64,000 nt of DNA from Planctomycetota bacterium (lineage in GTDB: Bacteria > Planctomycetota > B15-G4): the NCBI GenBank assembly GCA_029259745.1, contig JAJDEO010000013.1, positions 1-64,000 of the forward strand, written 5' to 3'. The first letter of the stretch is position 1. Each line of letters begins with the position of its first letter. Shown piece after piece: positions 9,463 through 18,772 of this stretch. Both the position numbers and the translations under genes were made by a program. The notes under the pieces were generated by a model. It was not told the origin of the DNA. It worked only from the letters and a program-made list of their open reading frames with translations, and ran no database searches.

Positions 9463-9994
9463 GGCTATCCATCTCGGTCACCCGTGACGCTGAGGTGAGA
9501 GCGTCACAGCGCCTGGCGGCAGCTCCGTGCTCGGCGCCACACGGGTGGCCAGAGCCGCGGGGCGATCGGCCCCAGCTCCGCGTGGCAAAGCCAGCCTGGA
9601 CGTGCCCTGCATGATCCACCTCGCTGAATGAGGGAACTTCGCAACCCTCCTCCTGTTTACCTCCCACCCATCGCCGCGGCAATGCCTAATACGACTTTCC
9701 GATCAGTTTAGACGCATACAGTTCGAAGGACCGGAAAAGCCCCGAAATGAGCGTTCCTCAGGGAGCCGGTGGCAGCTGGACCGTCGGCGAAGAAGACAGC
9801 CCCGCTCGGGCGCAGCGAACACGACGCACAGTCACAGCCCCCGGCGCACTTTTCGGAATGCACTTTGTCTCGCGATCGCCCAAATCGGCTGCACGGTCGG
9901 CGCCTCGGTCACGCCTTGATCAGAAGACAACGCTGTCGCCGCCGACCTCGGCCGTGCGCGGCATCCCGAACGATTCAAGGAGAGGAACCGAACC

Positions 9995-11248
9995 ATGAAG
10001 ACCTCCATCATCTCACGCCTGGCGCTGTCGACTGTCGCCGCGCTGGCGCTTGCTGTCCCCGCGTCGAACGCCCAGTGCTTCGGCGACGACAACCTCGACA
10101 ACGGCCCATGCTGCGGCCTCACGCAGGCCAACCTTCCCGACTTCCCCGGCGTCCAGATGGGCGGACTGGGCGTCTGTTGGGATGCCTGCGCGGTGGTCGA
10201 CAAGAACAACATCCGCGTCGAGTGGGGCACCCTGAACCAGACGGTCTGCGGGCAGTACGTCACGCCGCTGCGCGTCATCGACGGAGCCACCGGCACGATC
10301 CTGCTCGACGGCCCGATGACGCTCGACTACTCCCGCACGTGGATCGAGATCGACCCGACCGGCATCGCGCATCAGGTCTGGCGCTTCGTCGCGAAGGTCG
10401 ACCTGACGGCCACGGCACCCGCCGGCGCCGTGCCACCGTGCCCGGTGCCGCTCAACCTCGTTCAGAACCCGAACGCCACGGCGTTCTTCTACGGGTACCT
10501 CGACTACGTCGACTGCCAGACCACGCCCGGCTTCGGTCCGCGCAACGCGCTCGTGCTCTACCACCCCTGCGACCGCTTCATGCACACGCCGGGCTTCTCG
10601 AGCCAGCCGGGTGCAGCTCACGGCGATGACGCGTTCGCGATCGTTGCGCCGCACAACGCCGCCCAGCCGTTCACGCCCGTGAACCAAAAGGCGCCCGGCG
10701 GTCCGGTCATCGAAGGCGCGACGCGCAACGTCTCGCCGTCGCCGCAGGTCTGCTTCGTCGAAGACCAGGTCTCCGTCGGATCGATCGCCGCTCTCGCCGC
10801 GGGTTGCCTCTGCACCGTGCAGAAGAACCCCAAGCAGCACACGATCCGTGACTTCAACGCCATGACGACCTGCCCGTCCCCCGTCGGCGTCCCCGGCGAC
10901 TGGGACAGCCAGGCCGTCAACTTCCCGACGCTGCCCTGGTTCGAGATGGTGACGACGAGCATCGGCTTCTGGAGCACGCCCGGCCTCTACCCCGGTGAAG
11001 AATCGGCCTGGGCCGACGAGGGTCTGTTCATCCACCAGGACGTCTGCCAGGGCTCGTTCATCGAGATCAAGTACGGCGGCTCGACGAACAAGGGCTGGGA
11101 CGCCCTCTCGTTCGCGGGCAACCAGCTCGGCTCGTTCACGGACATCGCCGACAACTGGTCGGCACCGCTGTTCGGCCCCTACAACCTGCCGATCTTCGGC
11201 AGCTCGCAGCCGACCGATCGCGTCATCCACGTCAACCTCGCGCCCTGA
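9995..11248 (+). CDS. secreted Cys-rich hypothetical protein
   Basis: Strong RBS AAGGAGAGG. Signal peptide MKTSIISRLALSTVAALALAVPASNA. No recognisable domain. Confidence 0.6.
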   Translation: MKTSIISRLALSTVAALALAVPASNAQCFGDDNLDNGPCCGLTQANLPDFPGVQMGGLGVCWDACAVVDKNNIRVEWGTLNQTVCGQYVTPLRVIDGATGTILLDGPMTLDYSRTWIEIDPTGIAHQVWRFVAKVDLTATAPAGAVPPCPVPLNLVQNPNATAFFYGYLDYVDCQTTPGFGPRNALVLYHPCDRFMHTPGFSSQPGAAHGDDAFAIVAPHNAAQPFTPVNQKAPGGPVIEGATRNVSPSPQVCFVEDQVSVGSIAALAAGCLCTVQKNPKQHTIRDFNAMTTCPSPVGVPGDWDSQAVNFPTLPWFEMVTTSIGFWSTPGLYPGEESAWADEGLFIHQDVCQGSFIEIKYGGSTNKGWDALSFAGNQLGSFTDIADNWSAPLFGPYNLPIFGSSQPTDRVIHVNLAP

Positions 11249-11270
11249 AGCAGGCTGAGGACTGACACCC

Positions 11271-11305
11271 GAGGGCATCGACCGCCACGCGCGGTCGATG
11301 CCCTC
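11271..11305 (+). terminator. perfect 15-bp stem-loop (GAGGGCATCGACCGC-CACGC-GCGGTCGATGCCCTC)
   Basis: Begins 23 nt after stop TGA 11246-11248 and is followed by a T-containing stretch. Confidence 0.55.
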
Positions 11306-11336
11306 GCTCATTGTCCGAAACGGTTAGAGTCGGGTC

Positions 11337-11870
11337 ATGTCGACGACCCGACTCGAGAAAGACGGCAAGCCCAGCCTGACGCGCCTACGGCGCACGCGCC
11401 CCGATCTCGAGCTTCGCCCGACGCGGCTGCGGGCGATCGTCGGCATGGGCCACGCATTCAGCAGCGGCACCCTGTTCGGCTACTTCCTGGTGCTCGCAGT
11501 CGACATGCTCATCACGGAGCGTGCTCCGAAGGACGACGAGCTCTGGCTCCCGGTCGTCGCCGCCGCAGCGGCGTTCGTGGTGGGCGCGATCTTCTCCGTC
11601 ACGATGGAGCGTTTCGGACAGCTCGGTCTCGTGGGCGACAAACTCATCGTCACCTTCCGAAACCTCGAGAACCCGGCAGTCGTCCCATGGGACACGATCG
11701 ACCAGGAGCGCACGCGTCGTGGGTCGCTCCTGCACTCCCTCTTCGGGCACCGGCGCATCGTGCGCATCGACGAGCGCCCGCTGTACATCCCGCGCGCCTT
11801 CTACTCCGACGACACGTTCGAGGGCTTCCTCGACGACTGCGAACAGCACATCCGCTCGAACGTGAGCTGA
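11337..11870 (+). CDS. membrane protein with bacterial PH-like (bPH_2/DUF304-like) domain
   Basis: Two predicted TM helices (LFGYFLVLAVDMLI, VVAAAAAFVVGAIFSV) followed by a roughly 90-aa soluble domain. The start is uncertain and an internal Met is possible. Confidence 0.45.
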   Translation: MSTTRLEKDGKPSLTRLRRTRPDLELRPTRLRAIVGMGHAFSSGTLFGYFLVLAVDMLITERAPKDDELWLPVVAAAAAFVVGAIFSVTMERFGQLGLVGDKLIVTFRNLENPAVVPWDTIDQERTRRGSLLHSLFGHRRIVRIDERPLYIPRAFYSDDTFEGFLDDCEQHIRSNVS

Positions 11871-11873
11871 CCG

Positions 11874-14495
11874 TCAGTCGTCGTCGCCTTCCTCTTCAGG
11901 CTCGGGTGCTTCGACGAAGATGTTCGCGAACTCGAGCGCGTCGCCTTCGTTGACGAGGGCGAGGGCCGTGCGGGCAGAAAGCGTGGTGCTTGCCTCACCC
12001 ATCGTCACCGTGACGCTCTCGTCATCGCGCGTGAACTCGACGCGGTTCCATTCGCCGGCCTGCTCGCCGGACAGTAAGACGTCCTGCCCGCCGAGCACGA
12101 AAGGCAGGATCTCGTCGGCCGTCTCGCGCTTGAAGTCCACGACGAGCGACGTCCACGTTTCGGGCAACTCCGTGAGAAGCTCACCCATCGACGACGCCAC
12201 CAGCTTCCAGTCGTCGGCCTTCCACTCGCCGGCGTTCACCGTCCAACCTTCGAGGTCGACGCCCGTGTAGAGCGTCGTGTGTTCTCCGGCTTCGCGCGCC
12301 GTGCTCGCTTCGTCAGCAGGGTTGGGGCCGACGGGCAGCTCGAGGATGCGCATGTCGCGGAAGTGCACCTCGCCGCCTTCCGACTCGAGGCAGAGGTAGC
12401 CCTTGGACGGGCTGGCGTTCGTGCCCGCCGTGACGAGCTCGCCATTGACCTCGAGCGAGACCGTGCCATCGAAGGCCGTGATGCGGTAGTGGTTCCACTC
12501 GCCCGTCGGGCGCGCGTGGAAACTGTCCTCGTTGGGCATCGAACGCGAGTTCGAGATCCTGAAGCGCGGGTCGGGCGTCATCTCGGCGCCCCAGATCGGG
12601 AAGATGTCACCGTGCGACGTGAACCAAGTGCCATTGCCGAGGTTGCAGATCTGAACCTCGACGCCGCGCGTGAACGGACCACCGAGCGCGGGCAGCGGAT
12701 CGGCCCAGATGAAGAGCCCCGCGTTGCCCGGGTCGTCGAGGTGACGCCACTCGAACTCGAGGATGAAGTTCTCGTACATCTCCTTGCTGCGGGCGAGCCC
12801 GATCGGCGCCCCGCTACAACGCAAGATGCGTTCGTCGTCGTCATCGGGGTTGTCGATCAACTCGAACGTGCCCGGCGCACAGTTGACGTCGACCCAGTGC
12901 TCGAGATCGCTCTTGCGCCCACCGAGCAGCTCGTCCCAGTCACCTGGGCGCGGCGCACGCGCGGGGCGCGACGCGAACTCGTCCACCGCGGTGAGCGGTG
13001 CGGGGTCGAGCGGCGTCAAGGTGCGGCCTTGCAGCCCGGGATTATCGGGTGCGATGCGCGTGGCGCGGAACATGCCGTACGTGAAGACGTCGGCCTCACC
13101 GTCGTCATCGAGCTTGCCGAACGGGCTGAGCAGGTCCCAGACCAGCGCGCCTGCGGGCGTCACCTCGAAGACGCGACCATCGGGGCCCGAACAGACGAGC
13201 GTGTTGCCATTCGGCAAGCGATGGGCACCGGAGATGAAGCTCGCGTAGACGCGCTCATCTTCCGGCGGTTCGTACTCCCAGGTTGGAGCCTCGGGACCGA
13301 AGGGCGCGTCGCCCTCGAGCGCGTAGGTGCCATCGGCGCGCAGCGGTGGCGCGATCTCGACGACGCTCGAATACTCTTCGTCGGGACGCCCGCGACCGTT
13401 GTTGAAGATCGTGATGTTGCCGGCACCGGGAAAGCCACGCGGGACCCACTGCGGATCGTGCTGGTGGAAGAGCTGACGGTCGGCCGGCCCGCCGCGCCCG
13501 TAGACCTGCGGATTCCCCCACCGGTAGAGCAAGTCGCCGGCTGGCCCGCTCGCCTGCTCCGTGGTGGTGCCGTGGTCGATCACCCAGATCTCGTTCATGA
13601 ACCATGAGCTGACGACGATCTGGTCGAGCTCGGCGTTGTAGTCGATGCCGTTGATGTGCAGCCAGTCGGCGCGCGTGGCGTCGTTGTCATCGCCGTGACC
13701 TCCGCCGTCGCCGTCGTCATCTCCGTCGCCACCATCACCGTCGATGTATCCCAACGCGATGAGATTCGCACGCTCCTCGCTCGACATGGCTTGCACGCTC
13801 TCGTCCTCGGCGCTGCGTGCAACGTCGCCGTTGATGTCGACCCGATGAGGATGATCAGAGGGCTTTCCGTAGTTCGGCAGACTCGGATCCTCGTCCTGGA
13901 CGAGGTGGTCCCAGACACGCCACTCCCAAACCACGCGAGCACCGTGCGGACGGTGGGGTTCGATCTCGTAGATGGCCCCTGGCCAGAGACCGTCATCGCC
14001 CGCGTGCGTTTCGCGGCGCCCTGCTGCGCGCACCTCGTCCGTCGTCTTCGCCTCCCAGACGATGGCGAGGAGGTTGCCGTTCGGAAGCGGCTCGATGTCG
14101 TGGTGCAAGTGAGCCCTGTCGCTCGCGAGCAGGAACTCCCAGACGAGCTCGCCGTCCCAGCTGAACTCCTGGATCCCGCCCGTGATCCCGCCGGCACCGA
14201 AGCGCACGGGGAGATCCTCGACCTGGACTCCGCGCAGCAGGTTGCCGTTCGGGAGCAGATACGGCGCAAGCCCTGGACGGTAGCCGCTCGTCCAGGAGTG
14301 GACGACGCGTGCCTGGTCATCGAGCAGGTACGTCACCGTGTCCGAGAATGGACTCACGAGCGTGTAGCCAGGACTCGCGCCGTCACCGGCGAGGGCGAGC
14401 CCGCGTGGCTTGTCCGCCTCGCCGTCCTCCGAGAGGGCATGGGCAGCGTTGGTCGCGACGAGCGACACGAGCACGAGCAGTCGGAGTAGGGGCAT
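11874..14495 (-). CDS. arylsulfotransferase (ASST)-like beta-propeller fused to DUF1080 (3-keto-disaccharide hydrolase-like) domain, secreted
   Basis: Start at MPLLRLLVLVSLV (14495), a signal peptide. Repeated LPNGNLL propeller motifs. C-terminal FILEFEWRHLDDPGNAGLFIWA resembles the DUF1080 jelly-roll. An acidic GDGDDDGDGGGHGDDND insert is present. Confidence 0.65.
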   Translation of the reverse strand: MPLLRLLVLVSLVATNAAHALSEDGEADKPRGLALAGDGASPGYTLVSPFSDTVTYLLDDQARVVHSWTSGYRPGLAPYLLPNGNLLRGVQVEDLPVRFGAGGITGGIQEFSWDGELVWEFLLASDRAHLHHDIEPLPNGNLLAIVWEAKTTDEVRAAGRRETHAGDDGLWPGAIYEIEPHRPHGARVVWEWRVWDHLVQDEDPSLPNYGKPSDHPHRVDINGDVARSAEDESVQAMSSEERANLIALGYIDGDGGDGDDDGDGGGHGDDNDATRADWLHINGIDYNAELDQIVVSSWFMNEIWVIDHGTTTEQASGPAGDLLYRWGNPQVYGRGGPADRQLFHQHDPQWVPRGFPGAGNITIFNNGRGRPDEEYSSVVEIAPPLRADGTYALEGDAPFGPEAPTWEYEPPEDERVYASFISGAHRLPNGNTLVCSGPDGRVFEVTPAGALVWDLLSPFGKLDDDGEADVFTYGMFRATRIAPDNPGLQGRTLTPLDPAPLTAVDEFASRPARAPRPGDWDELLGGRKSDLEHWVDVNCAPGTFELIDNPDDDDERILRCSGAPIGLARSKEMYENFILEFEWRHLDDPGNAGLFIWADPLPALGGPFTRGVEVQICNLGNGTWFTSHGDIFPIWGAEMTPDPRFRISNSRSMPNEDSFHARPTGEWNHYRITAFDGTVSLEVNGELVTAGTNASPSKGYLCLESEGGEVHFRDMRILELPVGPNPADEASTAREAGEHTTLYTGVDLEGWTVNAGEWKADDWKLVASSMGELLTELPETWTSLVVDFKRETADEILPFVLGGQDVLLSGEQAGEWNRVEFTRDDESVTVTMGEASTTLSARTALALVNEGDALEFANIFVEAPEPEEEGDDD

Positions 14496-14694
14496 TTTCG
14501 AGTCGTCCAGAGAGGCCGCGAGGGGCCGGCAATGTATCAGCGTGCGTCGGCGCTGGGGAGGCAACACACATCAGCGCTCTCGGCGTACACTTCGTGTCAG
14601 CTCCGCGACTCTCTCCCGATCTTCGCGGCGCGTCGGTCACCGCGGGCGCGGTCGCCGACACCCACTCTCCCGAAACCCGCAAAGAGCGTTCTCA

Positions 14695-16209
14695 ATGATC
14701 TCGAGACTACGCATCACGTCACTTCTCGTGCTCGCCGCAGCCTTCAACCCCGCCGCTGCGCAGGACGAAGAGCCCCGCGACATCCGCATCGATCACCACT
14801 TCGACTCCGGATGGGTCAGCAACGACACCGATTCCGAAGCCGTCATCATCGCCTTTCCCGTTCACATCCAGACCGCGCGCTCTCTGCGCCTCTACTTCGA
14901 CGACATCCAGCTGTCGGGCAACACGTTCGACGGGACCGGGTCGACCCTGCGCATCACGGCGCTGCGCGACGACGCGATCCAGTCCATGAACGCCGATCAC
15001 GTCGCGCAGTGGCAGAACTCGAGCTGCTACTTCAACGGCAACGCGGTGATGGTCGAGGTGATCGCCCAGCCCGGCACCGGGCCCAACCGCGTCGCGCTCG
15101 AGTCGATCGACATGGGCCTTGCGTGGAATGAGTACGAGTCGATCTGCGGCGTCGACGACCGCCAGCCGTCGAACGATCCACGCGTTTCGCGTCTGCTGCC
15201 TGTGGGCTGTACGTCGTGGCTCATCGACGATTGCGGCAAGTGCTACCTCACGGCAGGTCACTGCGTCGGGTTCATCAACGCCGTCGAGTACAACGTGCCG
15301 TTCTCGACCTCGGGTGGCTCTTGGAATCATCCGGGCCCCGAGGATCAGTACGCCGTCGACCCCGCGTCGATCCAGTCGAACGGTGGCGGCGGCGTCGGCA
15401 ACGACTACGCCTACTTCGGCACGTTCGCGAACTCGAACACGGGTCTGACGGCCTTCGAGGCTCAGGGTGATGCGTTTGAACTCGTTGCTCCGCCGAGCAC
15501 GACGTCTGGAAACACGATCCGGATCACGGGCCACGGTACTGACAGCACGCCGAACTCGACCTACAACCAGGTGCAGCAGACGCACGTCGGCCCGCTCGTC
15601 GGCGCGAGCACGTCCTCGCTCCAGTACGCAACCGACACGACGGGCGGCAACTCCGGCTCGCCCGTGATCTGGGAGCAGACCGACCAGGCGATCGGCATTC
15701 ACACGCACGGCGGCTGCTCGAGCGGTGCCAACAACGGCACGGCGTTCACGCAGAGCGGACTGCAATCGGTACTCAACAACCCACAGGGCGTCTGTGCACT
15801 CGGCTCGACGAGCGGTGTCTTCAGCGACCTCGGGTTCTCGAAGGACGGCTTCTTCTTCGGTGCGCCGGAGCTCGCGGGCTGCGGCTCCCTCCAGCCTGCC
15901 TCGGCGATGACGCTCACGCTCGCGATGCCGTTCAACCTCAACGGCCTCGTCGCCACGCGTTTCATCGGCCTCGCGCAGATCAACGCACCGTTCAAGGGCG
16001 GCACGCTCGTGCCCGCCCCGACGATCGTGCTTGGCGGCCTTCCGCTCGAGAACAACGGTCCGCCGGGCGCCACACTCATCGTCGACGCCATCTGGCCTGC
16101 CGGCATCCCGTCAGGCACCGAGATCTTCATCCAGGACTGGGTGAACGTGCCGTTCGCCCTCGGCGACGAACTCGTCGCGTCCAATGCGCTGAAACTCACG
16201 GCCCCCTGA
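14695..16209 (+). CDS. secreted trypsin-like serine protease with conserved C-terminal sorting-like domain (CTD family member 1)
   Basis: Signal peptide MISRLRITSLLVLAAAFNPAAAQ. Catalytic His in CYLTAGHC and Ser in GGNSGSP. The last roughly 85 aa (FIGLAQINAPFKGGTLVPAPTIVLGGLPLENNG...WPAGIPSGTEIFIQDW...SNALKLTAP) are homologous to the C-termini of four other proteins in the window. Confidence 0.8.
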   Translation: MISRLRITSLLVLAAAFNPAAAQDEEPRDIRIDHHFDSGWVSNDTDSEAVIIAFPVHIQTARSLRLYFDDIQLSGNTFDGTGSTLRITALRDDAIQSMNADHVAQWQNSSCYFNGNAVMVEVIAQPGTGPNRVALESIDMGLAWNEYESICGVDDRQPSNDPRVSRLLPVGCTSWLIDDCGKCYLTAGHCVGFINAVEYNVPFSTSGGSWNHPGPEDQYAVDPASIQSNGGGGVGNDYAYFGTFANSNTGLTAFEAQGDAFELVAPPSTTSGNTIRITGHGTDSTPNSTYNQVQQTHVGPLVGASTSSLQYATDTTGGNSGSPVIWEQTDQAIGIHTHGGCSSGANNGTAFTQSGLQSVLNNPQGVCALGSTSGVFSDLGFSKDGFFFGAPELAGCGSLQPASAMTLTLAMPFNLNGLVATRFIGLAQINAPFKGGTLVPAPTIVLGGLPLENNGPPGATLIVDAIWPAGIPSGTEIFIQDWVNVPFALGDELVASNALKLTAP

Positions 16210-16229
16210 TCGTCCCCATCTGGGGACGA
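16210..16229 (+). terminator. hairpin TCGTCCCC-ATCT-GGGGACGA directly after the protease stop
   Basis: Perfect 8-bp inverted repeat starting 1 nt after TGA 16207-16209. Confidence 0.45.
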
Positions 16230-16581
16230 GACGCCGCGTCCGGGGTCCGCTCCTGGCAGCCTGTTGAAGAACTGCTCCGAGTGGGACGTGCGTGACCGAG
16301 TGAGCCTGTGCCAGTGTGGGAACGAGACGAATCGGTGGATTCGTCGAGACTCCCGCGCTCGCACAGTCGCGCTCGGGTGCGTGCAGCGCGCCGGATGAGT
16401 TCTTCAACGGGCTGCTGGCGCGGCATCTTGCAAGTCGCCCCGGCGTTTCCTTAACAACGGCGTCATCGAGCGATCCCGCACGACACCGCAGAGCTCCCGA
16501 AACAGGCTCTGAATCGTCCTGCAGCGTTGCGTACCGTGGGGGTGCGTTGGCATCGGGAATCGCGAAGACCGGGAGGCGACG

Positions 16582-17130
16582 ATGGACGATGTGTATCTGT
16601 GGTCGGCGGTAGGCGGCGGAGGGCTTCTCATCCTCCAAGTGCTGCTGATGCTGATCGGTGGCGACGACTTCGACGGCGAAGGTGACATTGACGTCGACGG
16701 AGGTGGCTCGACGCTCTTCTTCAAAGCGCTGAGCCTCAAGACGATCGTCGCGTTCTTCACCTTCTTCGGCTTGGCCGGAGTGTGGTCGACGGGAAGCGGC
16801 TGGTCGACAGGCTCGTCACTCGCACTCGCGAGCATCACCGGCATGCTGGCGTTCTTCGTCATCGGCTGGGTCATGAACGCGCTGATGGAGCTGCAATCGA
16901 GCGGCACGATCCAGCTCGAGGACGCCATCGGGCAGACGGCCGACGTCTACCTGCGGATCCCAGGCAAGCACAAAGGGCACGGCAAGGTGACGGTGACGTG
17001 CGGCGGACGCACGCACCAGGCCAAGGCCGTCACGTCGGGTGAAGAGATCCCGACGGGTCGATCAGCGCGCATCGTGGGGATGTCGAGTCCCGGCACGCTG
17101 GACGTCATCGCACTCGACGAGGAGACCTGA
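16582..17130 (+). CDS. NfeD-family membrane protein (OB-fold C-terminal domain)
   Basis: RBS GGGAGG. TM helices plus a C-terminal beta-barrel segment (KGHGKVTVTCGGRTHQAKAV). The stop lies 1 nt before the flotillin start, the typical nfeD-flotillin arrangement. Confidence 0.7.
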   Translation: MDDVYLWSAVGGGGLLILQVLLMLIGGDDFDGEGDIDVDGGGSTLFFKALSLKTIVAFFTFFGLAGVWSTGSGWSTGSSLALASITGMLAFFVIGWVMNALMELQSSGTIQLEDAIGQTADVYLRIPGKHKGHGKVTVTCGGRTHQAKAVTSGEEIPTGRSARIVGMSSPGTLDVIALDEET

Positions 17131-17131
17131 C

Positions 17132-18772
17132 ATGTTCGACTTCATCACCGAGAACGTCGGCGCGCTGGGGACGGGCATCCTCGTTCTCTTCGTCCTGCTG
17201 ATGATCATCCTGCTCGTCAAACGCTACAAGCGCTGCCCGAGCAACCGCGTCCTCGTCATCTACGGACGCGTGAGTGGCGGATCAGCCAAGTGCCTGCACG
17301 GTGGCGGCGCGTTCGTCCTCCCGCTGATCCAAGACTTCTCATTCCTGTCGCTCGACCCCATCCAGATCGAGGTGCCGCTCAAGGGTGCGCTGTCGATCGA
17401 GAACATCCGCGTGAACGTGCCCAGCGTGTTCACCGTGGCGATCGGAACCGACAGCACCGCGATGAACAACGCGGCCGTGCGTCTGCTCGGACTCAACACG
17501 CACGAGATCATGAAGCAGGCCGAGGACATCATCTTCGGTCAGCTGCGCCAAGTGATCGCCTCGATGCGCATCGAGGACATCAACCGCGACCGCGACAAGT
17601 TCCTCGAGGCGATCCAGAGTTCGCTCGAACCCGAGCTCGAGAAGATCGGCCTCGTCCTGATCAACGTCAACATCACCGACATCACGGACGAGTCGGGCTA
17701 CATCGAGGCCATTGGTAAGAAGGCCGCGAGCGAGGCGATCCAGCAAGCCGAGATCGACGTCGCGGAGCAGCGGAAGAAGGGCTCGATCGGCGTCGCGGAG
17801 GCTGAGCGGGAGCGTGCGATCAGCGTCGCAGAGGCCGAGAAGCTGCAGATGATCGGCACCAAGAAGGCCGAGCAGGAGCGCACCGTCCAGGTCGCAAACC
17901 TCGAACGAACGAAAGCGATCGGTGAGCAGGCGGCGCTCTACGAGCAGGAGGCGCAGGTCAAGAACGACGAGCGCGAGATGCGCATCAAGGTCGCCGAAGC
18001 CAACGCGACGGCCGTCGCTGGTGAGAACCTCAGCCGCGCCGAAATCGCCGACTCGAACGCCAAGCTCCAGGTGAAGGAAGCCGAGGCATTCCAAATCGGT
18101 GAGACGCGCAAGCGTGAAGCCGATGCGGCCGTTCGTGAGGCACAGTACGAGGCCGAGGCCAAGGCCGCCACGGCGCTGTCGTTCAAGATCGAGGCCGAAA
18201 AGCGCGCCGAGATGGAAGCCGTTGCCAAGGCCATGAAGGCCAAGCAGATCGTCGACGCCGAGGCGCGCGCCGAGCGCACGCGTATCGAGGCGGAAGGCGA
18301 AGCGGCGGCAATCTTCGCGCGACTCGAAGCCGAGGCCAAGGGTGAGTATCAGATCCTGGCCAAGAAGGCGGCGGGTCTAAAGGAGATCGTCGAAGGCTGT
18401 GGAGGTTCGCAGCAGGCGTTCCAGCTCATGATGCTCGAGCACCTCGAGAAGCTCTCGGAAACAGCGGCGACCGCGATCTCGAACATCAAGTTCGACAAGA
18501 TCGTCGTCTGGGAAGGCGGAGGTGCAGGCGACGGCAGCGGTGGCACGGCCGGGTTCTTGAAGAGCCTGACGGGCGCGCTGCCGCCGATGCTGGAAGTGAT
18601 GAAGGACATCGGCGGTGTCGAGATGCCCGAGTACTTCGGCAAGCTCGTCGACCCGGACTCCGATGCGAAACGCACGCCCGTCGCCTCGCGCATCAGCAAA
18701 GAGGACTCGGAGTCGAGCGACGACGGCGCCGAGGATGATCACTCGAATGGCGCCGACGAGGTCACCGAGTGA
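17132..18772 (+). CDS. flotillin (SPFH/band-7 family, YqiK/FloT-like)
   Basis: N-terminal TM GALGTGILVLFVLLMIILLV, then the SPFH domain (RVLVIYGRVSGG...), a long EA-rich coiled coil and an acidic tail. RBS GGAGAC. Confidence 0.85.
   Translation: MFDFITENVGALGTGILVLFVLLMIILLVKRYKRCPSNRVLVIYGRVSGGSAKCLHGGGAFVLPLIQDFSFLSLDPIQIEVPLKGALSIENIRVNVPSVFTVAIGTDSTAMNNAAVRLLGLNTHEIMKQAEDIIFGQLRQVIASMRIEDINRDRDKFLEAIQSSLEPELEKIGLVLINVNITDITDESGYIEAIGKKAASEAIQQAEIDVAEQRKKGSIGVAEAERERAISVAEAEKLQMIGTKKAEQERTVQVANLERTKAIGEQAALYEQEAQVKNDEREMRIKVAEANATAVAGENLSRAEIADSNAKLQVKEAEAFQIGETRKREADAAVREAQYEAEAKAATALSFKIEAEKRAEMEAVAKAMKAKQIVDAEARAERTRIEAEGEAAAIFARLEAEAKGEYQILAKKAAGLKEIVEGCGGSQQAFQLMMLEHLEKLSETAATAISNIKFDKIVVWEGGGAGDGSGGTAGFLKSLTGALPPMLEVMKDIGGVEMPEYFGKLVDPDSDAKRTPVASRISKEDSESSDDGAEDDHSNGADEVTE

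Noticed and set aside
7124-9682. 852-aa version of the multiheme cytochrome starting at 9682
   Set aside because: The first 70 codons (MPRRWVGGKQEEGCEVPSFSEVDHAGHVQAGFATRSWGRSPRGSGHP...) are not protein-like. The internal Met at 9462 begins a clean membrane domain.
8253-11311. Numerous 100-430-aa ORFs antisense or out-of-frame to annotated genes (e.g. 8253..9395 -, 10013..11311 -, 12279..13607 +, 19771..20553 -, 22670..23599 -, 51449..53167 -, 54758..55852 -)
   Set aside because: All are Arg/Ala/Gly/Pro-rich low-complexity translations lacking domain-like sequence. They are stop-codon-poor artefacts of high GC and overlap strongly supported genes.
17039-17131. Longer flotillin ORF starting inside nfeD
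   Set aside because: It reads through nfeD's 3' end in another frame (MKRSRRVDQRASWGC...). ATG 17132 follows a GGAGAC RBS and begins the expected TM helix.
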